This document shows positions 17,122 through 37,300 of a DNA stretch of 64,000 nt, piece after piece; the first letter of the stretch is position 1; every line of letters begins with the position of its first letter. Position numbers and translations under genes: made by a program. Source of the DNA: the human T2T-CHM13v2.0 reference genome, Homo sapiens. The stretch is taken from NCBI RefSeq assembly GCF_009914755.1, contig NC_060925.1. The stretch is one strand, 5' to 3'. The notes beneath the pieces were generated by a model that did not search any database, was not told where the DNA came from, and saw only the letters and a program-made list of their open reading frames with translations.

Positions 17122-17957
17122 TTAAGAGAATACTCCAGATTTCTGGCTTCTTTGGGAAACTTGGATCTGCTGGTGACACTAGGCCCACAGTCCCACACGC
17201 CACCAGCTTCCAGCCCCTTAGAAAGGACCCCGGCCCCTGGGTTTGCTGCCATCTCCATCTCACCGCCTTCTTTGACTTCCTGGCCCCTGTAGGCATGAGG
17301 TTGGTGACCCCCATGGAAGGTTGGGGATCTCTGAGAGGGGGGCCCAGCTCCCTCCCTCCCTGAGGTGTCCCCAGTATCTGGGGCTGCTCTTTCTTCAGGG
17401 AACTGTTGCTGAGGTGCCACATCTTGGGGACCCCAGGGTCAGCAACTGTAAACCAAACCCCAGGGAAATAGCAAGCTTCAGATTCTGGGTGACGATGACA
17501 TTCAAACAGGCCCCTAAAGGGAGTTCAACCATCATGGGCCCCACCATCCCTGAGCCATTGGGATACCGAGGTGTGAACCACCGGGCATCTGCAGCCCCTT
17601 CCACTTGCTCTGGGAGGCGCTGCCTCGAGCTAAAACAGACGTGTCCTCCGAGAAGAGCATTGTTCCTCACAGGCCCTGGGTTGAGCAGCCTCCACCTCTG
17701 CTGGAATCTAGAACAGAGACCCCCAAGAGACTCAGCAAGATGGGGCACTGTGGCTCCCAAAAGCTGTGCCCCCTTCTCGTTGAGAAAATGGATTTTTCTC
17801 AATTTTCAGATGCTACCTGTTTGGAATGCTGTCCCTGGGAAGGCCCAGCGTTCCAAATGGTTAGCATCTAAAAGTGGAGAAAAATCCATTTTTCTTTGAT
17901 GCAAAAGGCAAAGAGGAATCTAAGCTAGATTTTGTTCTTATTCTTTCTGTATTGAAG

Positions 17958-18011
17958 AGACGAGTATTTGTAGAGATGGTGAAGAACAGGATGCAGAACT
18001 CAAATTCCCAG
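17958..18011 (+). CDS. FHAD1: FHAD1 54-nt symmetric (cassette-type) exon RRVFVEMVKNRMQNSNSQ
   Basis: Long polypyrimidine tract ending attgaag, CAG|gtgagc donor; phase 0/0, no stop. Confidence 0.75.
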
Positions 18012-18043
18012 GTGAGCAGAAAGAGCATCCTTTAGAATTCTCT

Positions 18044-18240
18044 TTTTTTGTTGTTTTGTTTTGTTTTGTTTTGTTTTGCTTGAGACGGAATCTCACTCTG
18101 TTGCCCAGGCTGGAGTGCAGTGGCTAGTTCTGTGGTTTCACTGTGTTAGCCAGGATAGTCTCGATCTTCTGACCTTGTAATCTGCCTGCCTCGGCCTCCC
18201 AAAGCACTGGGATTACAGGAGTGAGCCACCGCGCCTGGCT
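18044..18240 (-). mobile_element. Internally deleted Alu ~30 nt after the 54-nt exon donor
   Basis: (GTTTT)n head, Alu right-arm start joined to the left arm. Confidence 0.85.
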
Positions 18241-18998
18241 GAACACTCTTTTTTAATCAAGTCTATAAAATCTTAAACATGTTGAATCATTGCCATTCAC
18301 AAATCAGCCCTGGAACTGGAATTGATCCAATCCACACTCCTGCTTTGCAGAAAGTAGAGGCAAGCTATCAGGAAGCTTGAAAGCAAAACACATTTTTGTT
18401 GAATAAGAAAGGCTTATTTAACAAGTTTGATAAAAGGCCACAGTTATTCTGAGACAACAAAATTGTCATTGGAAAAACTGAAGATATTCTATGCAAGGGA
18501 CATTTTTGGAAAATAGAAGCCTCTTCTTAACTGACACCATTGTCCTAGGACAGAAGGTGGCTGCTGCTGCTCTGGGTGTTAGGAGGGTAGAGAGTGTCCC
18601 CAGGGTCCCCCTAGACCTGAGACTTTTGCCACCTGCAAAGTGGGAATGAAGGGGAGGCCTGTTGCTTACTCATCCACACACTTGGAGAGACTGGAGCAGG
18701 CAGACACTGCCCTGCTGCCAGTTATTGGCTGAGAATGACATGGAGATGTAAAATGACAGTGTTGACATTGGGATGGGCCCTGGATGTAGGGATATTGTGG
18801 TGCTCTTAGATGTGAAGCTCCCTGGAATTTCAGGCTTAACAGAATGGGGGCAGATGGTGCTTCGCCTAAGAACAGAGTGATCTTCCCATTTATCCAGCCC
18901 TCCAGCCACAGCTTGAGAAAAAAAATCCATTTTTCTCTGATGCAAGAGGCAAAGGGATTGATGGCTTGGACCTCCTTGGTGCAAAAAGGTTTCCTCCA

Positions 18999-19371
<373 letters not shown>

Positions 19372-19769
19372 TCATCATGACCACCCTGAGGAAGATGCGA
19401 CGTGGAAAATCTACTCTTTCAGGCTTGCTTGCTCATAAAAAAAGTGTCCATCCCTAACAAGCTTCAGAACTGGATTTGTGCCTTTCTTTTCAAGGCCCTA
19501 CGGGTTTTTGTTTTCTGTCCTCCAAAATACCATTCACTGATTTTTTTTTCCATTTTGGCCAACAGTCTTTTGTTCGTGGGCTATATGCTATAAAGGAAAA
19601 TCTTCCAGTTAACAAGTACTTACTGAGGACCTAGGCTAGGCCACCTACCGTGCTAAGCACTGGGGAGAGAAGGGCGAACAAAAAGAGAGACTGCCCTGGC
19701 CCTCATTCGCACAACAGATATTAAGAGTCAGCAACGTGGCAGGGCTGTCCAGGTGTTAAGGTTGGATGA

Positions 19770-20547
<778 letters not shown>

Positions 20548-21783
20548 TAATGATTAAATAATAACTTTGAGCCCAGTGTTTGGAGGACAAAGGCCCCTGA
20601 ACTGAGCTGAGCATATTTCACAGGGACGTCTTCACTCCCAGTCCAAGCTCCAGGAGAGGCCTTCCTGAGGACCGTATATTTAAACTTAGACCTGAGGTTG
20701 TGTGGGAGTGGGCAGGGGGCTTCCTAGAGCCGAGGCTTGCAGTTTCCTGAAGCAGACACCCCAGGATGGCCTGAGTTCATTCACACCTGGGTGTGGCTAT
20801 TTAAATGACCGGCTTCTACCCCTGCCTTTTCATTCTAAGGGTGAGGCACGTGGTTCCAAATATCTCAAGTGGAATCTGTGCATTTCACATTCCCCATTCC
20901 CAGGTCAGCGGTCCTGGCTGCCTTCTGCTGCCCCATCCTTTGTCATTTCATAAAGAGAACAAAGCCCCTTCCGTGGTGCTTCCCATCCCATGCTTCTGGC
21001 AGCCCTGGGGCTGGAGACCTGGGGACCTGGGACTCTTTAACAAACTCCCTGGCTCCAACTCTGACAGCCAACTCCACACCGGCTCAGGGCACTGGCATTT
21101 GGAAACCATCCACAGTCAGCAATTTTATTGAAAATCAAATGAAAAGGAATATAAAGTAAGGGTTGTTTAGGGGGGAAGGCTTTTGAGTTTGCTGTCTGTT
21201 TTCTTTTTCCCTGCGCATTTGGACCAATATTTACTTTGTGGGCTGGTATGGGACTGACTTACCCTTTCTTGCCCTGAAACAATCTTGAATGCAGAGTCTC
21301 AAAACACGTTTGAGGCTCCTGTCAGCCACTGTCACAGGCCTCAGGAGGTGATTTTTAAATCCATCTTAAGGTGAAAAGAGCTTAAGTGATGGTCCTAACA
21401 GACTCTTCCATTGAAATCTTCCCAGAATCTCCTCTGTGCCCTCTGAGGAAGGCAGGATCGATATTCATCCCTATTTGGCAGATGAGGAAACTGAGGGTCA
21501 TGTAGTGAGTGGCAGAGCTGAAACGCGACTAGCCACCCAGCCCTCTTGCCCCAGGTGTATGTGCAGCCTGAAGGCTGGGGGCAAAGCTTTGCAGGAACAG
21601 AGTTGGCAAGGTAAATCCTGTTGGAAAGAAACTTGCAAGCCACAGTATTATCCACAGTGTGTCCAGAATTGTTTGCGAGAGAGATCTTGGGTTGCAGTTA
21701 ACAAAAATCTACTCAGAAAAGGGGCAGGGCGGGGGGCTTTTATAAAGATACAGAAATGAATGCCTCATAAAACCTATGGGAAA

Positions 21784-25085
<3,302 letters not shown>

Positions 25086-25405
25086 TATTGCTTCCATAAT
25101 AATGACTAACGTCTGTATAGCACTCTACAATTTTCAAAACACATCTCATTTAATCCTCCCCCTGCCCCTGGGAGGTAAATAGTATTAGATTCCCCATTTG
25201 ACAGATGAGGAAGCCAAGGCCCTGAGAACTTACATGGCCTGCCTAAAATCACACAGCTAGTCAACTCAAGAGTTGAGTCTTGAACCCAGGTTTCTAATTC
25301 CATCTCATACTGTCCATTCGGATACACCAGATGGCCTAGTTGTTACAGTCCCAGGCCACAAGGACAGACCAAGTCCCCAGTCACCAAAGAGCACACACTG
25401 CCTAG

Positions 25406-25902
<497 letters not shown>

Positions 25903-26018
25903 TAAAATTTTTTTTATATTTTAAAACCAAATATATTCTTTAAACCCATTAAACCTGGGGGAAGTAGGACAAACTCTTTGTGTGATATTCCATTGGAGGC
26001 ACATCTTACACATGGTTA

Positions 26019-26362
<344 letters not shown>

Positions 26363-26629
26363 TTACAAATACTCTAGAAAATCTCAGAAATGTTCAAAAA
26401 CCTAATAAAGAACCTGGTATTAGACTGTACCATATCCCCAAATATAGAGCTGAGAATCTTGATGCAGTTCCAGGGCTAAAGCAGACATTTCCCCACTTGT
26501 GTTCAGGGAAACAAAGCCAGTCTTCAGAAAAAAGGAGGCTGGAATAAATATGCAACAAGGAGAGATAAAAAACCCACAGAGGCAGTGCAGCAGATACTGC
26601 AGCTGCTCAGCAGATACTAAGTCTACTTA

Positions 26630-28080
26630 GTCATTGCTCAGCCATCACTTTCCTCTACCATATAGGCTCAAAGCTAATCACCATGATTTTCCCGCCTCCC
26701 TTGCAGCTAGGACGGGCCATGTTGGACCAATCTGGCTAATGACATATAAGGAAAAGCTCCTGTGGAGGGCTTCCCTTCCAGCTTCTCTAGGTGAAAGCAT
26801 TCACCCTTGGTACCTTTGTCTTATCTCCTTTCTCACTCCTGGAGCTCAGACCAGAAGCTGGAGCAGCCACCTTGGGGATCAGCAGACACCAGCAGCAGGC
26901 CAAAGGATAGTGGAGTGGAGGGACAAGAAGGCCTGGGTGAGCCTTCTCTGAGAATCACTGAGCTCTGAACCATGAATGAACTGCCTACCTCTGTACTTCC
27001 TGTTGTATAGGACAAAGAAATCCCTATCTATTTAAACCACTGTAGTCGGGTCTATGTATTTGTGCTGTGGAACAAACCACCCAAACTGAGTGACTTAAAA
27101 TGACAAATATTTATTATTTCTTTTGATTCCATGGGTCAAGCTGCACACTTTTCCTGTCTGGACTGTCTTGGCTGGGGCTGGATGGTTTAGAATGGCCTCT
27201 TTCATACACCTGGCCTCATACACCTGGCCTTGGCAGGCAAGTTGGGTTAGGGTAGTAGTTCTCAACAAGGAGCAATTTTGCCCCCCAAGAGAACTTTGGC
27301 CATGTCTGGACATAATTTTAGTTGTCACAACGAAGGAAGGGCAGGTGCTCTTCTAGAGGTAGAGGCCAAAGGTGCTGCTAAACATTCTACAATGGACAAA
27401 AGAACTCCCCATAACAAAGAATTATTTGATCTAAAATGTCAGTAGCACTGAGGTTGAGAAACCTGGTCTAGAGAGGCCTTCCACTGCCACGCTTTGTCTC
27501 TGCTCAGCAGGCCCACTCATCCTTCAGCCGACTGGACTAGGCTCGTTCACATGTGGTGGCCACAGGTTGCCAAGAACAGCAGGTGAGAACAAGCCCCAGT
27601 GCACAAGCACTTTTCAAGTTTCTACTTGCCTTATGTTTGTTAATATCCCATCAGATAAAGCCAGAGTCTGTGTGGGAGGAGCTCCAGATTTTTACAATCT
27701 ACTCACATTGGGTTTTCTGCTATTTGAAGCTGAATACATTCCCAGCTGACCCAGAAGAAAGTTACCTTGATTCCCAATGACTTTCTGATTCCCAGTTCCC
27801 TTCCTTGTGAAGGCCAGTTCCAGTACCTGCCCTTGGGTTCCACTAGGACCCTTTGTATCACTCAAGATCCCTTGGTTGTAAACAACAGATACCTCCTGTG
27901 GCTAACTTAAACAGAAAGAGAGTTTACTGGGAGGAAATGAGGAAGGTCAGAGAATCAGTGGCTATGCAAAGCTGAAGAGTCAGGCTTGGACATCAGGAGC
28001 TGGCTTTTCTTCCCTATAGGTGCCCTCTTTTTGCTTTAGCTGGTTTGAGTTTCTGTTCATTGCAACCAAATGGGCATTTA
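26630..28080. mobile_element. Cluster of old MaLR (MLT1-type) LTR fragments
   Basis: Motifs gcctcccttgcagctagg, acaaaccacccaaact...cttaaaa and ctgttcattgcaaccaaa; one fragment is split by MER20. Confidence 0.5.
27253..27466 (+). mobile_element. MER20 DNA transposon
   Basis: tagttctcaac...tttgcccccc...gttgtcacaac...gaggttgagaaacc. Confidence 0.75.
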
Positions 28081-29082
28081 CTACGACGCTCTGCTACACA
28101 GCCCCCACCCACTACTGATTCTGAGAAGCTACCAGCAGTCTTTCCCCTGGGGGTTGCACCACAGTACAGTGAGGTACCTGTATACCCAAACCTCCCAATC
28201 TTCTTCTGATCTTTCAAGAAGCTAAGACACACAACTTCCTTCCGCCCTTGCCAGTGGGAGCCCATGTGGATCCTTGGATTCGTGACTTTGCAGATAAGGT
28301 GCCCTTCTCTTGAAACTTGGCAGCATCACCATCGCCTGCTGTTGTAGAAACCAAAGTCATGAAATGTCTGGAGGGAAAAAATAGCTTCCAGATCTTCATT
28401 CCAAAGTGTGCTCCTGGTAAGTGGAGTGGTTTCCAATTTTTTAGGGACTTAGGAATGAAGGCAATCCACTAAGGATGTGAGGAAACCTAAACCTAATAAC
28501 GCTAATGCATGCCTCTTTGCCATGCTGAGGCCTCCTAAAGCAGGACGGAGGGCACCAGTGAGGCTATTTCAGCTCATCAGCTTGGCCTCATTTCCGTCAG
28601 GTGCACTGCTTGCATCCGTCTGCTCAGTGTCCCAGGTTATTTTGGGCCAATTCATGACCTTATGTGCCTGCTTTTGTTTTTAAACATTTTTCTTTGCCCA
28701 TCTGTTGCCCAGGAATCCTTTTGCAATGCCTCCGTCCAGTTGGGGGAAGCATTAACAGGTCCTTGTTTTGAGTTTCCTGTCATCTTTAGCAAACTGTTTT
28801 CCTTTCTAAGACCCAAAAATATTGGAGGCAGAAACTTTATCTTCTGGCTAACTGTGGTCTTATCATCAGAGAGTATGGTTTGACAGTTAAACAACCAGCC
28901 TCCATCCATTCAGCCGGTAGACACTGGGGGCCTACTATGGGCCAGGCTCTGATGCTACCGTGTTAGTTAGACCTCATGGCCTTGACCTTTACTCCTTTTC
29001 AAATTCTGATCCACTGCTTTAACTGAAAAGGAAGTTGGAATCATTAATTTACTGGGTATGTTGCATAGGAGCACTTACTTTT

Positions 29083-29187
29083 TTTTAAAATTTTTTTATT
29101 ATTATACTTTAAGTTTTAGGGTACATGTGCACAACGTGCAGGTTTGTTACATGTGTATATATGTGCCATGTTGGTGTGCTGCACCCA
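29083..29187 (-). mobile_element. Extremely 5'-truncated L1PA insertion (~105 bp)
   Basis: L1PA 3' end ttattatactttaagttttagggtacatgtgcac; 16-bp TSD AGGAGCACTTACTTTT (29067-29082, 29188-29203). Confidence 0.9.
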
Positions 29188-29594
29188 AGGAGCACTTACT
29201 TTTGACGTCCACATATCTTGTTGGCTACGTATGGGATTGCTGCTGGGCGTTCTTTAAAGACAGCAGCATGCAGCAATGACCCGCTTCCTGGGAGTTTCTT
29301 TGTACCTTTCATCAGTTGAAATATAATAGCTAATAATAGTAACTACTTTGTATAGAGTACTTCCTAGCCATGAGACACTATGCAAAGCGTGGTCCAGACA
29401 ATATCCCACTTCATCCCCACCATGTCATTACTCCTGTTATACCTGTGAAAATGATGAGCCCAGACTAGGTAAGTAACTTGCCCAAGGTCACAGAGCAAGT
29501 GTTGGAGCCCAGACTTTATACCCACAACTGCTTAATATAGCACTTTCCTCAAGGAAGTCCAGGAACCAGCTGGTTGTCTACTAATGAATGAGGG

Positions 29595-29791
29595 CAGGAT
29601 GACAGACTTTTTCTGTAAAGGGCCGAATAGTAAATCCTTTCTTCTGTAAAGGACTCTATTGACCATAGGTGTCTTATCACCACCACTCAACTCTAGCAGA
29701 GCAGCATGATATGTAAATGAATGAGCATGGCCATGTTTCAATAAAACTTTATTTATAAAAATAGGAAGTGGGCCACATTTGCCAACCCCTG
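29595..29791. mobile_element. MER58A hAT-Charlie MITE
   Basis: acttttt ctgtaaagggcc...caataaaactttatttataaaa...tttgccaacccctg. Confidence 0.8.
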
Positions 29792-30288
29792 TGTTAAACT
29801 GTCACCCAGAGTAGATTATTAGGATCTGCACAGCTGTTGCCTGCCGCATAACAACCTAGAAGCCAGATTATTGTCATCTTCATCATTGAGACATTCAATG
29901 TGCTTTTTCCTGTTCTCTCGATCAACATCAAAAGCAATCAACACAGACAGAAGATGCTGTGACCACATGTGGAGGGAGACTTCTCTCCACCACTAAGCAA
30001 ACAATGAGCTCTGCAGCAGACACCAGCCAGGTGCCCGCCAATTCAATTCCATTGCTATCTATGTGGAGATAGCATCAGATCCCACAGGCTAGGGGCTCAG
30101 TCCCCAAGACTTGCCCACTTCAGACACCAGTCACAAGTCCAGGACTCTGGAACTTCTGACGGACAGGCTTCAAGTTGGGGTTCCCATGACCCTTCTGTGG
30201 ATTTGATTAATTTGCTAGAGCAGCTCACAGAAGTCAGAGTAACACATTTACTGATTGGTTGTTTATAAAAGATATTATAAAGGATACA

Positions 30289-33528
<3,240 letters not shown>

Positions 33529-35611
33529 TCAGCGCCTCTCCCCATGACACCTTTTGCATGGCTTCCAGATCTTGCAAGAGATAAGAAAGCCTCTGAGGCC
33601 AAATCAGGCTGTGATCCTGTGCTGCCCTCACTCCAATTGCCCCAGATGAATATTGGTGCTGCTCCTGAACTTCGATCTCTGTGCAGCATCCATCAAGGGT
33701 TTCCTGATGACTGTGGAGTGTTTGTAAGCTGGTATTTGTAAAGTGCTAAGGGAGCCCTGCATTTCATGAGCCAACTTCATCCCTGCCGTCTCCCGAATCC
33801 CTTCCTGTTTTCCCAGCATCTCCAGCTGGAGGGACCACACAGTTCTGTCAGGCTCCAGAACATCCCCAGTGCTATCTCCCCATCACCCAAGAGCTCTCCC
33901 CAACTCTTTCTCCCCTTCTTGTTTCTCCCCCTGTCCCTTTTTCAAAGTGCTGTTGTTTTTCTTACTATCACTTCACCCCTCCCCAAAAGACAGTTATACA
34001 AGGAGATGTGGGAGGAAGAGACGAAACACAAGTAATGATGACTGAGTCAGCCTGGCTCCCTTGCCACTGGAATATTGTCAGAATTGGCCGGCTCGCCCTT
34101 GCCTCTGTAAAAAGCCTTTGCCAAGGGTGTGATTTTTCCTGAAGATCATTCTTTCCACATGACCAAATGTTGTAGTGTGTCATCAGTCCAGACTGTTTCT
34201 TTCTGCCAGAATCTATGCTTGGGGCACAAAACTCGGGGTCATTCAAAAGTGATTTCCCCTAATCAAGAGGCAAGTGATATTTCCTGGAAGTTTCACCTCC
34301 ATTCAGGGCTCATCAGCTTTCTCTGCTTTTCGTTCCATCACTGCTTCTTTGATTCCTGAAAAAGTGCTTTTCTTGGAGCCCAATGACCAATGACCAATGA
34401 AGAAAAAAACTTGGAGTAAAAGGCAGCCCCAGCGTCCATCTCTGGCCCAGGCCCAAGGCCTCTGAAATGGGGCCACAGTACTGGGCAGCTTGAGGTCTCA
34501 CCCTGTGGTCACAGTCTCAGAGCTCTGCAAACCCCGAAAACCTGTGAGAAAAATCAACCCAAGAGGTGTTAAAAGGACTCACCCATCCGGGCAGCATTTC
34601 CCGAGCTCTGCCTGAGTTTAACTTAAGTTGTAAGGCTCCGGCGTTCAGCAGCCCTCCTGCAAGATACTATAGGTAATGAGCAGGAATTCCACCACCCTCC
34701 CTCCTAAGAGCTGTGTCCACACAAAGCCAAATAGGTAACTGACCAGAGAGCTTACTACGCACAGGCAGTCCACATAATTCAAACCCCAACCCCAGTTTTT
34801 TCACATATATATGTAAGTTGTTTTGCAAGAAGGCAAAACCCTCACATTATCTCCTCACTGTGAAGTTTGCGCCCACGTCAAGCAGATGCAAACAATTTCA
34901 TAAAACGGCAACCCAGTTTTATGCAGAACCATTGGAAATCATAAATTGGAGTAAATTGAGGCTCACTAGAGTCTTGAAAGTAATTAGCTGCTTTGTGAGG
35001 AAGACTAAGAATTCAACAAACTTAAGCATCTACAAACATCATCTGCAGACATCATCTTAAACATTTTAATCTGCATCCTGTCCCTAGTCCTTTGCATTCC
35101 TTAAATAACTATTTTACTTCTGTTGGGTCCTTCAGGGCTGCATACAGGAGATATGGAAGCCTGTCTTTTGCAAGTAGCTGGACCGAACTGCCCAAAACTA
35201 AGAGAAACTTAATTCTGAGATTTAAAACAAAAAAACCATTTTAGCTGAGCATCTTTATTGGACTCAAAAACAATTTCATAAACAAGTAAATGAGAACTTC
35301 ACATTTTCTGAACCTTGAAGGTTTTTTCCTCAATTTCATTCTTTTAAAAATACCTTTTAAATTAATTCAGCAAGGTTCTTAAACACAGCAAATTGACAAA
35401 TATCAACTGAGTGTCTGTTCTGTGCAAATCACTCTGTAACAGCTTGCTGGCTTTACATTCTCGAGGGCTCCCTGCCTCCAGAGCACCCTGGTTTTCGGCC
35501 CTGCACGCATCTTTTCTCTGCACCTTGGCTGGTTGGAGCAGTTTCAGTAGACAGGTCCTGATTGACCCAACATTTCAGAGAACATGCACAGAGCATAGTC
35601 CTCCTTCTAAA

Positions 35612-35770
35612 TCAGGGATTCTCAAATTTCAGTGAGCAGAACTCCCCTGGGTGCTTGTTTACACGTAGATTCCTGGGTCCCACCCCAGAGATCAGTTTCG
35701 TCTGTCCAAATTGGAGCCTGAAAATCTGTATTATTAACCTAGGCCCCAGTGGTTCTGATGCTGGAGGTCC
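35612..35770. mobile_element. MER5A/B DNA transposon
   Basis: cagggattctcaaattt...tagattcctgggtcccaccccagaga...ggttctgatgc. Confidence 0.65.
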
Positions 35771-36223
35771 AGAGTTGTGCAGTTGTAAGGTGACAGCCCA
35801 GACCACAGAGATACTTATCTGAACTCTTTCCCCAGTCCTGTCCAGGAGCCGTTGGGGAGGACATCTCTCCTCTGGGGACCCCATCAAAATGGCGACATCA
35901 TGATCTCCCTGTCAGTTTCCCTAAAGTACAGTCACAGGCGACAACACTGGCCCAGCAGCTATTGTGCCAAGTCATCCGTGTGATGGTGCGGGGCCTCGGG
36001 AGAGAGGACCACCAGCCCCTTCCCCTGTCCCTCACCCGCTGTCTCCAGGGGCCCTTTCAGGGGTGAAACCCAGTCCCATCTCCCTCGCAGCTGCTAGTCT
36101 GTCCTCTTCCAAGAGGCCATCGGCGCCCGCCACGGTTCACCCTAAACAGGGGTTTCTGCTCCCCAGGTCCGCCTCGGAACCCCTGCAACCCTCATTGAGA
36201 ACGCCAGTGTTTAACAGCGAGTC

Positions 36224-36237
36224 GTTTCCATAGCAAC
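36224..36237. promoter_or_regulatory. RFX X-box motif GTTTCCATAGCAAC
   Basis: Full match to the GTHNYY-AT-RRNAAC X-box consensus at the upstream edge of the CpG island. Confidence 0.6.
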
Positions 36238-36269
36238 CGACAGGGTGTCACAGACACAGGATTATGACT

Positions 36270-37300
36270 TCACGGCGTGGGGATTCCGGAGAAGGGGGTG
36301 GGGCGGCGCCCCCCCTCGCTTCCCCGCCCCCCGGCAAGCCCCGCTCCTCACCCAAGCCGCGGGGGAGGAGCCCTCTTCTTTCCCGCCCGGCCCCGGCCCC
36401 CAGCAGGACCCCTCCCGCTCAGCTGCTACAGTGGGCACGAAGAGGGGCATGGCTTTCGGCCGCGCTCCCCAGCCTCGCGGGGGGCAGACGACGGCGGGCG
36501 GGGCGCGCAGAGTACACTCGACCCCCGGCGGCCGGGAGCGATCACGCGCACGCCGCGCGGGCCCGGGGGCGGGGGCGGGGCGCGCGGTCCCCGCCAGGGC
36601 CCAAGTCCCACCTTCGGGGGCGGTGCCTGGCCCGGGGAGTGTCAGGAAGAGGAAGAGCGCGGCCGGCGGCGCTGCGCTGAGAGCAGGGGCCCGGCCAAGG
36701 CGAGTGCCGCGCGGGCCACCATGGCCACGGACGAGCTGGCCACCAAGCTGAGCCGGCGGCTGCAGATGGAGGGCGAGGGCGGCGGCGAGACCCCGGAGCA
36801 GCCCGGGCTGAACGGGGCAGCGGCGGCGGCGGCGGGGGCACCCGACGAGGCGGCCGAGGCGCTGGGCAGCGCGGACTGCGAGCTGAGCGCCAAGCTGCTG
36901 CGGCGCGCAGACCTCAACCAGGGCATCGGCGAGCCCCAGTCGCCCAGCCGCCGCGTCTTCAACCCCTACACCGAGTTCAAGGAGTTCTCCAGGAAGCAGA
37001 TCAAGGACATGGAGAAGATGTTCAAGCAGTAAGTGCCCGCGCGACCCGGCCCCCCGCCCGCCCCGCGACCCGGTCTCGGGCCCCGAACCCCCCGATCCCC
37101 GGATCCCGCTCCGCCCCGGGAGCCTGCCGTCAGCCAAGCTTCCCCGAACCCAGACGCACCGGGGTTGGGGACCCGGCGGCCCCTTCCAGATCGAGACCCG
37201 GCATCTCACCGCGCACGTTAGTCTGGGGGACCCCCGGCCCCTGGCACGCGGCGGAGACTCGTATTTGTGCTGCCTCCGGTACACCATAGACGCGTCCACA
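36270..37300. promoter_or_regulatory. EFHD2: CpG island / EFHD2 promoter with GC boxes
   Basis: Very high GC and CpG density around exon 1; GGGGCGGGGC at 36572-36581; no TATA box seen. Confidence 0.92.
36721..37028 (+). CDS. EFHD2: EFHD2 (swiprosin-1) exon 1 CDS: disordered N-terminus, poly-Ala, proline-rich region
   Basis: Perfect Kozak GCCACCATGG; MATDELATKLSRRLQ...MEKMFK; CA|gtaagt donor; 308 nt. Confidence 0.98.

Noticed and set aside
36277-36720. 148-codon in-frame extension upstream of the EFHD2 ATG
   Set aside because: Starts at GTG in promoter sequence upstream of the likely TSS; the ATG has a perfect Kozak context; GC content explains the lack of stops.
36262-37299. 345-aa minus-strand ORF over EFHD2 exon 1
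   Set aside because: Antisense shadow of a GC-rich CDS and CpG island, where stops are rare; low-complexity G/R/A/P composition, no recognisable domain.
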